From NCBI RefSeq assembly GCF_963921235.1, contig NC_086097.1:232936001-233000000 (forward strand): 64,000 nt of DNA, written 5' to 3'. Shown one piece after another: positions 61,916 to 64,000 of the stretch. A program made the translations under genes and the position numbers. Each line of letters begins with the position of its first letter. The stretch's first letter is position 1. Source of the DNA: Mobula hypostoma. Lineage: Eukaryota. The notes under the pieces are model-generated. The model searched no databases. It was not told the DNA's origin and worked only from the letters and a program-made list of their open reading frames with translations.

Positions 61916-64000
61916 TCTTATATTCAGATGGAAACATTGAATATTAGCATTGGTACATCATGTTGCAGCTGTGGATTTAACAAGAAGTTTTTGCTCACAG
62001 AACAGCCACTCGCTGGATTTTTTTCATTTTTTGCACCATTCTTTGTAAATTCCAGAGTTGTGCGTAAAAATTCCAGGAGATCATCAGCTTCTGAGATACT
62101 CAAATCACCCTGGGTGGCACCAAATTAATTAGCTTGTTTATTTCAGCTTTTTTCTTAATGAGGAGCCGAATGCACTGCGGTGTGCTCCAGCTAGCACTGC
62201 ACCCCTAGTCATAAGGAAAGATTACATAGGCTAGGTTAATTCTCACCTGAATGTAGTAGCTGAGGGATGACTTTACTAGGTTTATGAAATTAAGAGGGGC
62301 ATAGATAGGGTGTACAGTAGGAAATTTTTCCTCATTGCTGAGCTATCTATAGGGTGCATGAATTTAGTGTAAGGATAAGAAATGATCTGAAGAAGAACTT
62401 GCCGTCATGTGGCTGAAATCAGGAATACACTGCCTGAATGTAGTGGTGGTGGCAGGTACTGTCAGAATATTGTTCATGTGCCTCGTGGAGTATTCCTTTC
62501 AATATTGGGCACCTGAAGGACACATTTTTGTCTGACTCAGGCAGCCTAGAAGCGGAAGGTGCCACCTTCCGAGGCATGTCCTGGCAGTCCTTAACACTAC
62601 AACCTGCCTGAGTCCGTTTGACAGGTGGAACCTCCAGCTTGGCCTCTAACCCTCCCAGAATGGAGGGCTCTGCAGTCCTAGGTTGGGATGGACCGTGCAT
62701 AGTGTCAGGAAGTCTGGCATGTGGCCAAAGCTTATCTGCAGGGCTAATAGCTGTCAGCATTCAGAGAGGAGGCATCCAAAGCAGCGGGGTTGGAAAGATT
62801 GGACATGAGCAGCCTGAAGTCATGTGGGCTGAAGATATTTTAAGTTAGGGAATTAAAGGCCAAGAGTAACGTGCAGATGAATTGTTCAGAGAACCCGATG
62901 ACAGGAGTACAGAATTATAATAGATGAGCAAATGCAAGCAGGCTTTTCTACTGAGGTTGGGTGGGACTATAACTATAGGACATAATTTATGGGTGAAAAG
63001 TGAAATATTTAAGGGCAACCTGAGGGGGAACTACTTCAGTCTGAAGTGGTGGATGTGGGTTTGATTTCAGCATTTGAGAGAAATAGGTTAAGTACATTGA
63101 TGAGAGGGGTATGGGGAGCTAGGTTCCATATGCAGGTCCTTGAGACTGGTCAAAGTAACAGTTTGGCACAGTCTGCATGTGCTGAAGGGCTTGTGTCTGT
63201 GCTTTTGTGCTGCGTATCTCTATGACTCTATGGCAAAACCCCTCTCAAGGCTCACTACTTTTGCTGGATCACTAATCTCCAGAAAGTCCTTCTACGGTTA
63301 ATGGGGTGCACACACCACTGTTGTAGGCGTCAGGTCAATAAACCCTTTTCTACATGGAATCTCAGTCTCTTTACTAATGCTCTTCCACTGATTCTGCAGT
63401 TACCAGTGTTTGCTGGATATTAGATCCGTACATTTTCCTGGTTGTTAGAGAATCTGTCCATCCTTAGTCTCGTTCCCCCCATGTGATCTTCTAAGGAGGA
63501 ACTAGAAGGCCTCCAAAAGAGGTCAAAGGGTTTTGTTCAACACCCTTACAACAAAGACTAAATAGCTGAAGTTATCCTCTTTATTTTGCGCACAAATCCA
63601 TTATATTATTTGATGGTAATAAGCCATAATTTTCCCCACAACAAATCATAGTCTGAAAGAGTTCTCAAAACAGCACTGGAGTGGTTTACAAATTTAAAAA
63701 TGTGAGAAAACAGGTTGTCACCTGTTGAGAATATCGGTCTAATATACTCTTTTTGGTGTGATTGCTCACTGAAAATCATAGATTGCACCTTGAAGTTCTA
63801 ATTCATGCTGAAAATAGAATTGCACATATAGTCTTGACACCAGGAAAGCATGAAGCACATTGATGGGAATAGTAGATATACAGTAAGTTCTCAATCTCTT
63901 GCTGTGGAAATGATTGACTATACTGGGCTGAGTTGACTTTATGTGTGATTTGTACTTAATAATTGGGTACTAATTGACCCAGTTGCTAGGTTGACCTCTC

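Noticed and set aside
62419..62848. Overlapping ORFs in a GC-richer insert within a CR1 3' remnant
   Set aside because: No motif recognised; could be a fragment of another TE but cannot be supported from the sequence alone.
1..64000. Host protein-coding gene or exons
   Set aside because: Every ORF with recognisable motifs is TE-derived and no convincing spliced exon chain was seen; a small exon cannot be excluded.

Overview
Eukaryotic, repeat-saturated DNA with no recognisable host-gene exon. It looks like vertebrate intergenic or intronic sequence, and the mix of CR1, Rex1/Babar, Penelope-like and V-SINE repeats suggests a cartilaginous fish such as a ray (inference). Most of the window is nested transposable-element debris. 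Main contents: (1) many CR1 LINE fragments, one with an uninterrupted 999-codon ORF2 (37170-40169). That ORF2 has no usable AUG but is joined to ORF1 by a perfectly phased U_UUA_AAC -1 frameshift site. (2) A complete 4.95-kb Gmr1-like (SCAN-domain) Ty3/Gypsy LTR element (13942-18896, minus strand) whose pol is telescoped and catalytically dead yet still open. (3) A full-length PIF/Harbinger transposon (22055-26264) with convergent Myb/SANT and DDE transposase genes. (4) Penelope-like element pieces carrying GIY-YIG remnants and minimal hammerhead-ribozyme motifs. (5) Five copies of an apparently non-coding ~650-bp retroposon with a YY1-type 5' end and a hairpin plus (AATCT)n tail. (6) Rex1/Babar LINE pieces, tRNA-derived SINEs and a 70-bp Tc1-type MITE. 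Boundaries of decayed repeats are approximate. No database searches were run, so family assignments rest on motif recognition.
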